A stretch of DNA of 64,000 nt, from positions 53,134,001 to 53,198,000 of the forward strand of contig OZ241828.1 in the NCBI GenBank assembly GCA_965202585.1, given 5' to 3'. Position 1 is the first letter of the stretch; every line of letters begins with the position of its first letter. Position numbers and translations under genes: made by a program. Below are positions 44,701-56,700 of the stretch, piece by piece. The notes under the pieces were generated by a model that was not told where the DNA came from, made no database searches, and was given only the letters and a program-made list of their open reading frames with translations. Source of the stretch: Thalia democratica. Its lineage: Eukaryota.

Positions 44701-47700
44701 AAGATCAAATGTTGACGCTTCAGGAAGTCTGGACAATGACAAGTTTTTAAGTGCGTTGCTCCATCTGAGAAATACTCCTGATAGCAATTGTCAAGTGTCT
44801 CCAGCCGAGATCATATATGGACGTCAGCTGCGAGATAGTTTCTCATTCTTAAACAAACTTGACAAATTCTCCAATCCTAATGTGCGACCCATGTGGAGAA
44901 AAGCATGGAAGCTTAAGGAAGAGGCGCTCCGTACAAGATTTGTTAAGAATTCTGAAGTACTTAACCAAAGAGCCAGGGATTTGCGACCTCTCTATGTTGG
45001 CAGTAGGTGTCTACTACAGAACCAGAGTGGCACTCATCCACGTAAATGGGACAGAAGCGGAGTGATAATGGAGGTGCTTCCACATGATCAGTATGTAGTC
45101 AGAGTTGATGGTTCACGGAGACTTACTCGGAGGAACAGAAAATTTTTAAGGATGTACAACCCAGCCTCAACAAGCATTGAAGCAAAAACTTCCCATGGTT
45201 GGAGCAGTAATTTACCAAGCTCACATGAGTGCAATGTTGGTCCTCAACGTCCTGATTCTTCTGTAAAGATTACAGAGGATTCCAACAGTGCCAATAGTGG
45301 TAAAACCAGTGAGGTTGAAGCGGATCATGAAGAGGTTGGGGAAGAGTACATTCCTGCTCCTATAGTTCCCAAAAAAAAATAAGGTGCCGCTTGCTTTGCG
45401 TAGGTTGAAAGACTTCAATGCGCCAGGGAGGCTTGAAAGTGGAGTACTCCAAAGTAGAAATCACCGTAAGTGAAGTCTGCTTGTTCCTGTTTATACAAAA
45501 GTTTGTGCTGAGTGTTCAATTGATGCTGATATAATGATTGCTGAGCCAGGAAGGATTCAGCGTGGAATAGCATGAATTTGTATTTTTTTGGATTTATTTA
45601 GTGCGTTTTATTGCAGTTTTGGTTTTCTTCAAATAAATCCCTTGTTTAAAGATTTTTTATTTAAGTCAATTGAGTTTTTTTTTTTAAATTTAGTTTCATC
45701 TTAGTAAAATATTTTTGTTACTTGTTTAAATCCCCTCTTGACGAGCTATGTCATTGCCTTAAACTTGTTATTATCTTTAATGAGCTGGAGGGGCTGTAGG
45801 ATAATTAGACTATAGCTCATTTTAGTGTTTATGTTTATACTTGTTTTCTTTTCAGATTTTACATTGTTAATAAATTATTAAACTAAATTGACAAGGAGTT
45901 ATTCTTCAATTATGCTATTATAACTTGTTAATCTATCTCTAATTTATTTTGCTTAATTATACTAATTGTTAATAATTGAATATTTTTTGATGAAACCTCT
46001 AACTTTTTACTAACTTAAAATTTGTTGCTAACAAAAGCAATTGATAAAAGTTAGCTGAAATCGATTTTATTTGCTGCTTAATAAAAATGTTTTTTGAATG
46101 AATCATGTCTCAAAGTTCTGTTTAATATATGTAGTAAAAAAAGTTATACATTAGATTTAATTATTCTATTTAACTAGTACAAAAATCTAACCATTTTCTT
46201 GTTGGTAAAATGGGCCTTGTTCATCGATATCTTTTGAATTATTCGAAATAAATTCGTTGATTTTGTACTGCTTGTCCAATACCTTAGGTAGAAGCTCTTT
46301 TCTTAAACTCTGATATGATGATCTGTTTGAATAAAAAAATTGCAAATTTAAAGAAGTATTCATAATATCATATATATACAGGGTGGGCCAAAAGTTCTTG
46401 GACTAATTCAAAAACGCTTTATTAGCAAAAAAACAAAATACAAATGAAATTAATGGCATAGAGGGGTTAGTAAGGCACTTTTTTACACGTTGGTGTCATT
46501 TTTAAGATTTCTAACTTAACTAACAATTACTTTTTACCGTTTCTTATAACAGGGTTGCCACTCTCTGAGTCAAAAAAAATCTGCTTTAAGTGACTAAAAA
46601 CTACCCAGAGTTATACAATTTTTTAAAAAATCCTAGAATTTTTTTTTTTGCATCTGGCGCAAACTACTTATACCTCATGTTCTTTTTTTCTCAATAAAAT
46701 GTTTGTGAATACTTCTGCATTAGATGCTCACTAAACTTATGAGAAATACTATTTTAGAAGGCTCAACGTTAAAAGTTTATGTAATAAAATAAAGTTTGAA
46801 TTTTAAAAAGACATTTCGATTGACTAAATTTAATTCTATCACATAAAGTACAGTACTCACTTGCATAAACAAACTTAAATAATGATAAGCATAGATTTCA
46901 GATTTAAAATTAAAACTACAATGTTATTTGTATGAATAATGAAGATCTAGCCGCAAAGCTAAAAAGAATTTAAAACAAGTATTTCTAAATTAATAAAAGT
47001 CATGTTCTTGAACAAAACTTGGTAAATAAAATAACAAAATATTGAAACTGGACCAAATAGATCTCATTCTAGATCTAGAAAAAAATCTGCCCTGAGATTT
47101 TTAAGAAATTTTAATACTATCCCGAGTTTTTTATAAAAAATCAAAACTACCTTGAGTCATCTTGAGTTAAAAAAAAATCAAAATATCCTAGTTATCCTGA
47201 TTTACCCTGAGATTTTCTAAAATTTCAAAACATGCTGAGTTTCCTGGAAGTGTGGCAACCTTGTTATAATAAAAACTAGTTTTTTGAGATATGAGGACAA
47301 AGTCGGACAGTTCAGTAGGATCTTTTTGGAAGGGCGAAGTGAAAAAAACTTAGAAACTTTTTACAAAAATAATTTATCTCAAAACTTGATAAAATGTTTT
47401 GTGTTGTATTAAAAATGGTTTATAATTTATACTTTAAGCTTTAGTACAAGAGTCAATATTATTTTTTGTAAAAAAAAATGTCTTTAAAAAAATACAAAGC
47501 ATATAAAAATAATAATTAAGAAGTATGAATAAAAATCTGTTTTTACAAGCAAGTAATTTTTTGTAAATGATCATAAAGTTAATCATTCAAATATCTAAAT
47601 ACTAAATACCAGTAATCGTCAAAGTGTGCACCTGTGCACACTATTGTGCAAAGAATTATTTTTTTTACTGTGAAAATAAAATTTTGTAAGGTTAAAAAAA

Positions 47701-50700
47701 GTTTTTTAGATAAGGCTAGTTTTGTCTATTTCTTTAGGAAAATATATTTATAACATATAAAAACAGTTTTTAAACCATTATTTTTACACTAAGGCACTCA
47801 AAGCATAAAAACTGGTATTATTTAATAATAATTACATATTTTTTATAGTCTAGTGTGCACAGAGTTTATTTCCCATTAATTTAGTGTGTACAGCTTTTGA
47901 ATAGGTTGAAGACCACTGCTATATACATTCAAACAACTTTAGTTTTTGTACAGAAAAATTTATGGATAATTACTGATTGAAACTTACAAAAAAAGTTACT
48001 ATAAATATATGTTAATAAAAACTTAGAAACAATTAAATTTAAAATCTTTACAATTTTTTTCTAATTAATTTAGAAAAAAATGACTAAAAAAAACAATCGA
48101 GCGTGATTTAAAGTAAAAAAGATTACAAAAATTAAGATAAATCAGATATAACTGTTCAAAATATAAGTCAAGTGTTTGTTAATAAAAGATCCTAGTGAAA
48201 CAAGTTCACTAGAGTATTTAATAAAAACAAATTATACAGTACTTGTTTTATTATACCGACATATGTTTCTGTGTGTAAATTCGTTAACACACAGAAACAT
48301 ATGTCGGTATAATAAAAGAAGTACTGTACAATTAGTTTTTATGATAAATCAGATATATAAGTGAAATACTATCAAAATCTAAAATCTCATAATCACGCGG
48401 TCATTTCTACAAAACATTTATAAGATAAAATCAATAATACAACGCCTTACTAACTCTAGCGTCTCAAAATAATCCAAAAGCTCCTTCTTCAATATGTACA
48501 GATGCACGTCTTCCAAATCCGCTCTTGCTTCGTAATGGTTAAACTTACTTGATCTGTTCTTCAAGTTCAACTGAAAATCCTGTTTCGAATAACAACATCA
48601 AATTAGTACAAACAAAAACTACAGCTGTAAAGCTTTGAAAAGTATGCATACATTAAATTGGTAAATATTTCAAAAAAGTTATTTCAGATTATTAAATACA
48701 TCTATGTTTGCTTCAACAAGATGCTTGTTTTTATATACTTATCAAAACTGAATTGTTATTTTTTATATGTAGAGAACAACGTTAAATATGAAAAGTTACA
48801 AATAGCCATAAATAAATTATAAATCAAGGTAAACTGCATAAAATTTTTATAATCTTTTACATAGAAACAAAAAAGAACGATTTTAATGATCAATTATTAA
48901 AAAACGAGTTTAAAAAAATAAAAGATATCAAAACGACTTTAAGTAAAATAATGTATAAAAACTTGTATTTTAAAATCATGTATGGAATTTTTGTATGCAT
49001 TTTTTGTACACATGTGTAAAGAATAAACAATTAAAACAAAAATATAAAACAAAAAACACTGGTTAGCGTGACTAAGGTTTTTAAAACATTGAAAAGATTC
49101 TATATTTCAACAAAAAGAAACAAACTTCAAAGTTTTTCATATCTTTTTTCAACAAAAGTCTTTTCATGTTTTTTCTTGTGCCATGGACTTCAGATAGTCC
49201 GATCACTTCAACATTTCTTTTCTGATCCGGTTCTAAAAATGCATTTAAACAGTTTTTAAATTAATCTCACTCAATTTTTATGAAAATACCGCAAATTTTT
49301 TTATCTATTCAGACGTATAAATATTACTTGATAAAAACTGTGAAAGTGTTAAAAGAAGAAATATTCTAGTAGAAAGAGTTTAAAAAAAAAAATCAGGGTT
49401 GCCACAGAATCAGCTGAAAAAAGTTTCCTGAATTTTCTAAATTGAGTTCTTAATTAGTGATCTACCGGATCCGGCTGTTTTTTACTTGGATTAAGATCTG
49501 GATGGATCCTAATTTATAAAAATGATCCCGATCCAGCAGGATCCTAATATTTTAAAAGATCCGGATCCTAGCTGAATTTTGGTCGGAAACGGATCCAGTA
49601 TATTGTAATTGGGTTTTTGCTTAGAAAACCTTTATATAGAAATCTTTACTGCTCTTTAGTGTCTTTTAAATTTTTAACAAACCAATTAAGATTGTTATTT
49701 TTGACAGTTTTATAACTACTTACTTATGAACATTTATTTTAAAGAATGCATGATATATAACACAAAGTTATATTTCTAAAAATAAACTCTCTCGCATCAA
49801 ATAGTATTTACACACATGAGGTCATAATTTTTTAAATTTATTTTAAAAATTCAATTAGACCCTGAAACAAAAAGAATTAAGAAAGCAGTACTTTTTATAA
49901 AACAACATTAGCAAAATATAGTATTTAGTGATGATAAAATTTCTTACTAAGAGGAATTTAACATCAAATTTCCAAACTTTTTTTCAAAACCCTTAATTTT
50001 TTCCTGACTTTTCCAAAATAAATTTTAAATAATATGGTTAAACAAACTTTATATTGATAATGGTAAAGAGTATAAAACATAGCAACTGTATTGTTATAAC
50101 ATTACATACAGGTACAATAGTCAAGTTACCGATAAAAGATATTTATGAATTTGGCGAAAAATGGCAAAAATCAAAATTGAATATTATGATTTCTCTTTTA
50201 TTTTCAACAATATTGATCTAAAATTTGTACCTTCATTATTACACATATTAGTTTTTTGAAGCTATGCCCATTTTAAATGTGGTAATTTTAGCAATTTTTT
50301 TTAAGACCACTATAATTTTTTTTGGCATTACAACCTACATGAATACTTTCCAGTTTAACAAGTACTTTTATCAGATTCATTTTTATTTTAAATTGTGTCA
50401 AAAAACTTTTATTGATTTGTACTATCGACTGCGAAACTTTGCTAGGGCAGTAGACTATTTAACATATAAAAAGTATCATATGTACTGTATCTCTTATTTT
50501 TTGTTCATTATAGTTCTATCTATTTTTACACATATTTTTTATTTTTTACAATTACTTGTTTCTATTTCATTTTTAGATTTGTCTACATAAAATTTATTTT
50601 ATTCTGAACTTTATATAGTAATTTATTAACAAGCTAAAAAGCTCTTTGTAATAAAACAGTTTTTCAAACAATATAAATAAGACTCAATTTTTCAGAACAA

Positions 50701-53700
50701 AATATATTTCATGTTTCTTTCATTAGTTGTATACTAAGCAATACAAATAAAAATTTCAAATCTAACTTATATAGTGAAAATGCAATCAACGTAATTAATA
50801 ATGATAAAGCAAAGAGTAAACAGTAGCATGAAGAGAAAGAAAAATTTAATAAGAATGCTATGCTATCGAGCACATAAGATCTGTTCAAGAGAATTATTTG
50901 ATGACGAAATAAAACAGATAAAACTGATAAAAAATAAGAATGGCTATCCACAAGAACTTGTTAATATAATTATAAGTTTACATCTTAATAGTTTGAACAA
51001 AATAAAGCCAGCAGGGCCGGAGAAATGCTTGATTCTTTTAGTATTGCCTTATGTCAATAAGACCTCAGGAGTTTTAGAAAGAGAGATTTGTCAATTAGTA
51101 AGTAGGACTTATCATTCGGCAAAGCCGATTGTTATTTTCGTATCCAAACTAGTGATGTACCGGACTCACTATCCGGGTCCGGCCGGATATTGCCATTTTT
51201 GTCTGATATCCGGATCCGGCCGGATTCTAATTTGAAAAAAGTCTGGATAGGATCCGGCCGGACCCGGATCTAGTTAGTAAAAAAGAGCATACTGAAAAAT
51301 ATACTGAAAAAGAGCATACTGAAAAGTGTTTTTTCAAAAACAAACCCTGTGTAAATTAATAAGAGTCATTTTCGTCAGTTAAAATTAAACACCTACCGTA
51401 ATTGGCTCATTTTGTACACGTGACTAATTTACATTTGTTTACATTTAAACTATGAAATAAACATTTCATGAAATGCAACTCTTTACATATGTTATAAAAT
51501 TGAAAACTTTGGAATGAATACTTGCATTATTTATTGTTTAAAGTTGAGCTCAGAGAATATTTAGAGTTAATACGGTTGAATTTACGAGCCAATGAGATAC
51601 ATATGACGAAATGTTTCAAACTAAATACTGATGCAAAAAAAAACATCAGAACATGACAGGCAGTTTATATGTAAGCAGTTAGTTAGTTTGGTGTGTAGCT
51701 TGAAGCAAGAAAATATCTTGAACGTTTTTTTGAATGCTTATTTTAAGTAGTGTTTTGTTTTAAAAAAGAATATTTCAACAGGTGTTTAATTGTTTAAACA
51801 TTTAATCCAGGTTTATAGTTTAATAGTTTATTAAAAATTTTACAATTTCTTGTTTACGAATAGTTTTATTAAATTTTTAGTTTTTTGTTTTAAGTCTTTT
51901 GATATAGATTTAAATAGCTTTCAGTTTTTAAAGTGTTACCAAAGTAATTAATAATTTTGTATATGCTAGTATTTCTTGTTGTGTTTTATATAAAAGATTC
52001 ATCACTCAAAACTGTCGTGTCTGATTATAGAAAGTAGTCTCAGTTAGATTTTAGTGTTTGTTAGATATTAATTAAATAAAGTAGGATTTAACTATGATGG
52101 GTAGTACTAATAAGTTAAGTGTACCACAATCAGTCCACAACTTTACTACCAAATTGTCAACCTTTGCTAGCTGCTCTACTGATTATTAGATTAAAGTAAT
52201 TTTTTCAGTTTTTAAAAACCTCATTCTGACTCAGGCTTGTTTATACTAACTCTAGCTAGTTTTATTGACTTAAACAGTGGCAACCCTGCTAGTTTAAAAA
52301 GTTTTGGGAATTTTAGAAAATCTTGGACTGTCTCAGGCTAGTTTAGTTTTTTATAAAAACTCAGGCTAGTTTTCTTTTAGATTTTGAATGAGTTTAAGCT
52401 GATCCAGTTTTCAATATTTTGTAATTTTCTAGTGTATTTTCTTCAAGAACTTGATTTCAGATTTTTAATTGTAAATAACACCTAAATTTGTAAACCTTGT
52501 GGCTAGCTGTTCTACTTATTATTAGATTAAAGTTCTTTTTTTCAGTTTCTAAAAACCTCATTCTGACTCAGGCTAGTTTATTCTAGCGATGTACCGCACT
52601 CACTACCCGGGTCCGGCCGGATTCTAATTTGAAAAAAAGTCCGGATCCGGTTCCAGCCGGACTCTAATTTGAAAAAAAAGTCCGGATCCGGTTTCGGCCG
52701 GACTCTAATTTGAAAAAAAAGTCCGGATCCGGTTCTGGCCGGATTCTAATTTGAAAAAAAAATTCCGGATCCGGGTCCGGCCGGACCCGAAATTGTGGGT
52801 CCGGTACATCACTAATCCAAACCAATGTTCAGACCTGGAGGAAGAGATCCGATAGCAGAATTTAAACAAAGTATGGTAGTTTACCAGTTTAACTGCTTCT
52901 GTAAAGCTAGTTATGTCGGGATGACCTCAAGACAATTTGGCATAAGAATAAAGGAACATATTCCTAAAAGTATCGTTGAATTGTGTAAGAGTAATAAGAA
53001 AACTAAATCTATTGAGTAATAAATTTTTCAAAAAGATCTGCTATTGCTGAACACTTAGTAAATAACCTTGATTGTGCTAGTAATTATAATTTAAAAAGAT
53101 TTAAAATTGTTAAAACTTGTTTTTACATTTCGGATTTAATTAAACTTGAGGCTATTTGTATTTTGTTAAGAAAACCCAAAATGTGTAAACATAAAGATTT
53201 TGATTATACTGTTTCGATGTTTTCTTAAATTGTTTTATAAGTCGTTGCTCTGTTTTATTATTTTTTTAGTTGCATTGTAATTATGTATTGTTAATTACTC
53301 TTTGCTTTATCATTATTAATTACGTTGATTGCATTTTCACAATATAAGTTAGAGTTGAAATTTTTATTTGTATTGCTTAGTATACAACTGATGAAAGAAG
53401 CATGAAATATATTTTGTTCTGAAAAAATGAGTTTTGTTTATATTGTTTGAAAGAATTTATTTAAGTGTCAAATAATGTTTAATTATATAAAACATTTTGA
53501 TGAAATTTATACAAAACTTCAAAATTAGATGAGCTGTGAGAAGACTTATCTAATAAGTAAAATTGAAACTGATATTCAATGTTGAAATTGAGCAATTAAA
53601 AAAAAAGCAAAAATAAATTTTATCAGTAACTCAACTATCGTCATACAGGTTATATGTTATATCCATCACAAGTATTTGTAATATTAAAAGAAAATTGTTA

Positions 53701-56700
53701 AAGAACCACTATAAAAAATATACATGAGCATAATAAGATATAAAAAAGCGATAATAATGCCGCACCATTTATAATTTTTTAGCAGCTGAACTAATGTCAG
53801 CTAATTAATTTTATTAGAGTTGAGCTTGTAACTTCTGTTTCAAAATTTATAAACTGATTGATAAATAAAATTCTAAATATAAATATCATGTTTAAATATC
53901 ATGCTTTTGATTTACCTAAATTACTTGATTTAACCTAAATTACTCAGCAGATTAAATTAAATTATGCCCATTATCTGGTCTAAGGGTGGGAAAAATTTCG
54001 AGTTGGCGGGCCGGATTTCCTAAAAAATATTTTTATTATAAAAAATATTTTTCAGGTCGGGCTTATTAACAAAAAGTCACAGTTAGCAAATTGTAAATAA
54101 AATTCAATTATTAAAATTAATTTTGCAACGTTATGTTAATTTAACAACTAATCATGTGTGTTAATATTCGAACCCAGAGCACATTTAAAAGTATTTATTG
54201 TTAAAAATACGTCCAGGCTAAAGACTATTCTTGGCCCATCTCTAATTTAGTTCTTAAAAAGTAATAAAATTGCTACTCATTGAAGCAAGAAAGTAGTCTA
54301 GCAGAGTTGGTAAAATGCTAATAGTTACTATGGTAATTCAGCAATGAAGCGTATAAACTTTGGTTTGTTTTAAGTTAGTAATTTCACGCTCGAGTAAACA
54401 AAGCAGAGCTTTTTAATATGTCTGTAGTCTAGTTCAACAAATTAACCCAAATGACTACAATATAGCCTGAACCAACCGAAGTGTATTGTTAAATTTGAAA
54501 AACACAACTTAAAAACTAACTTAAGTTGTAGTGGCAAAAATGTTTAAATACTAATTAAGTTTAAGTAGCGAATGGTGAAAAAAGGTAAGTGGTTTAACTT
54601 AAATAAATAATTAAAGCAGGCTGGACAATATTGTCTCTGATGTGGAACTTATATCTATCAGGGAAAATAGCGAAAAAAGGGAAAATTAAATTGCTAATTT
54701 TTTAGTAAAAGGAAGCAACTGTTTTTGAAGCTTTTTCACTTTTTAGGTTTTTAGAAAATATTGAGTCAATGTCATCGAATATAAGTAAAAAACTAGCCTC
54801 TGAAATTTTTAAAACTTGTCTGAGTTTTCTAAAGAGCTTAATAAAAACAAGTTAAAACTAGCTTGAGCTGATCAATCACAAAAATTTTAATAGCCTTAGT
54901 AAGTGGCAGTCTTGTTAAAAAATAAGCCTTCATTTTGTTAAAAACAAAACCCACTTTTATGAAACGCTTTACCGCCGGGCAAATTTTCTTTTACGGCTTG
55001 CTGATTGGACGAAAGCAGACACGTGATTGTCGAATCGTGCAATAGGAAGCAGTCGTACAAGTTGTAGAGTCCGTGTGATGTTATCATGTCGCAGTTCACC
55101 AGCAGTATGTCGTTTTCTACCTGTAAAATTTATCACAATGTTAAATAAAACCACAATTTAAGACCGTAATTTTTAAAGTTAAAATATTTAAAACTAAAAT
55201 TTAAGTACGTTAATAATATTAAAAACAGGTGGGGATACTGGAGTTTTTAAATACCAATTCAATGAGAAACACATTCTAAATTTAAAATTTATTCGCAGAC
55301 GACGTTTCGAATTTTCATCAGTCATTATCAAAAAAATACTGTGCAAAATAAATAAAAATTAGTGTTAAACAACTAAGTATAAAAATTTTAAGTAATACAA
55401 TATACAAACATTTATAAATTAAAATTATAAACTACAATAAAATAATATGTTACATAAATATTTACACATTGTTAAACTAATATATATCAAACTAATCAAA
55501 AATTCTTAGTGTATGGGCAATATCGGCTTAGTTAATTGTTTATATAAAATTGGATTATAACGTTTAATTAGCAGAGCTTCACTTATCAGGGTCTCAAATT
55601 TATTTCTAAATTCTTTCAAAATTCCAAAATTATTAACAGTTATTTTTTCATTTTTACAAACATTACAATTGTTAATGTGGTCAGATACAGCTGTTTTGCC
55701 TTTTAAATGTTCTTAAGCTCTTTCTACTAATGGTCATGAAGTGAATCCAATATATTGGATACTCTTATCATAAGAGCATTTATACTCATAGACCACGTTG
55801 GATTTTAATTCATAGGGTGTCTTATCTTTATTACTGAAGTAATTGCTTATTTTTATTCTGGTAAAAATTACTTTGAATTCTTCGATGTAGTTGTTTAAAA
55901 GCTTTTCTAGTTTCTTTTTATACTCATTACTAGATTTTCCAATATAAGGTACCTTTACGATATTTTTGAAGTCTGAGCTAATAGTATAGTCTAAGTTTTA
56001 AATTGTTTTTTTCCAAAAATAGTTTAAATATTATTCAAAAATTTATTTTTGAACATGTAGAAGACAGATAAACGTGCTTACAGTTAGTTCATGAGTATAA
56101 CTTAAAAAAGTTTTGTTCCTGCATAATCGAAAAGCTTTATTAGTTCTTAAAGGGTTAAGATAAGTGATATGGTTAAACATTAAAGTTACACATTTAAAAA
56201 AAAAACTAGTCAGATTTTGAAATAAATATGAATTAGCAAACACCCTTTTACAAAGCATATCTCAGCTAGTATGTTAACTTTTTAAATGGTGGAAACTTCA
56301 GAAATAAAAGCATAAGATAATCTATTACTCAAGGATATTCATTATGTGTTAAAAATTCTATTTAAAGTAAAACTGATATTTCAATAATTTAGATTTTAGA
56401 TGGATCATTAAAACCAGTGGCAAAAGACTAAGAGAATGATGGCATAAAAAATATTACCAAAACAAACAACAAATACTAAAACTGTCTAAGAAAAATCTGA
56501 TGCAAATTATAATGAAATTCATTTAACTGTATAAAAATTAGAATATGAGTGTTTTGAAATGTTAACCAAATTGTTAAGGAATATTACATGAAATTTTCCT
56601 TACAAAAAACTATAAAGTGGTTTATTGATTTTAGTTAATCTATAAAATACAAACTTAATCTATAGTTTTTCAATTTAACTAATACTGCTTTATGCATTAC

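Larger units (their letters stand above)
41023..45908 (+). mobile_element. Ty3/Gypsy LTR retrotransposon, 4886 bp, antisense within EIF2B3 intron 6
   Basis: Identical 114-bp LTRs (TG...CA); 5-bp TSD ATTAT (41018-41022 and 45909-45913); polypurine tract GGAGGGG just before the 3' LTR; domain order gag-PR-RT-RH-IN. Confidence 0.97.
40201..46128 (+). mobile_element. 5'-truncated Penelope-like element relic with an inverted copy of its 3' end, interrupted by the Gypsy element
   Basis: Decayed GIY-YIG C-terminus AIAEHLLN...YSDSHF.IISEARNDYHQSVLESLFIKRL(fs)PNLCKQ at about 40728-40918. Left arm 40201-40609 is the reverse complement of 40838-41022 joined to 45914-46128. Confidence 0.75.

Noticed and set aside
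50264-50590. 108-aa hydrophobic ORF, and many similar 60-90 aa F/L/I/K-rich ORFs in the track
   Set aside because: Composition expected from random AT-rich intron sequence; no motifs or splice support.
52615-52790. Regular ~39-bp repeats that superficially resemble a CRISPR array
   Set aside because: No unique spacers, no cas genes, eukaryotic context; these are subterminal repeats of the hAT-type element.
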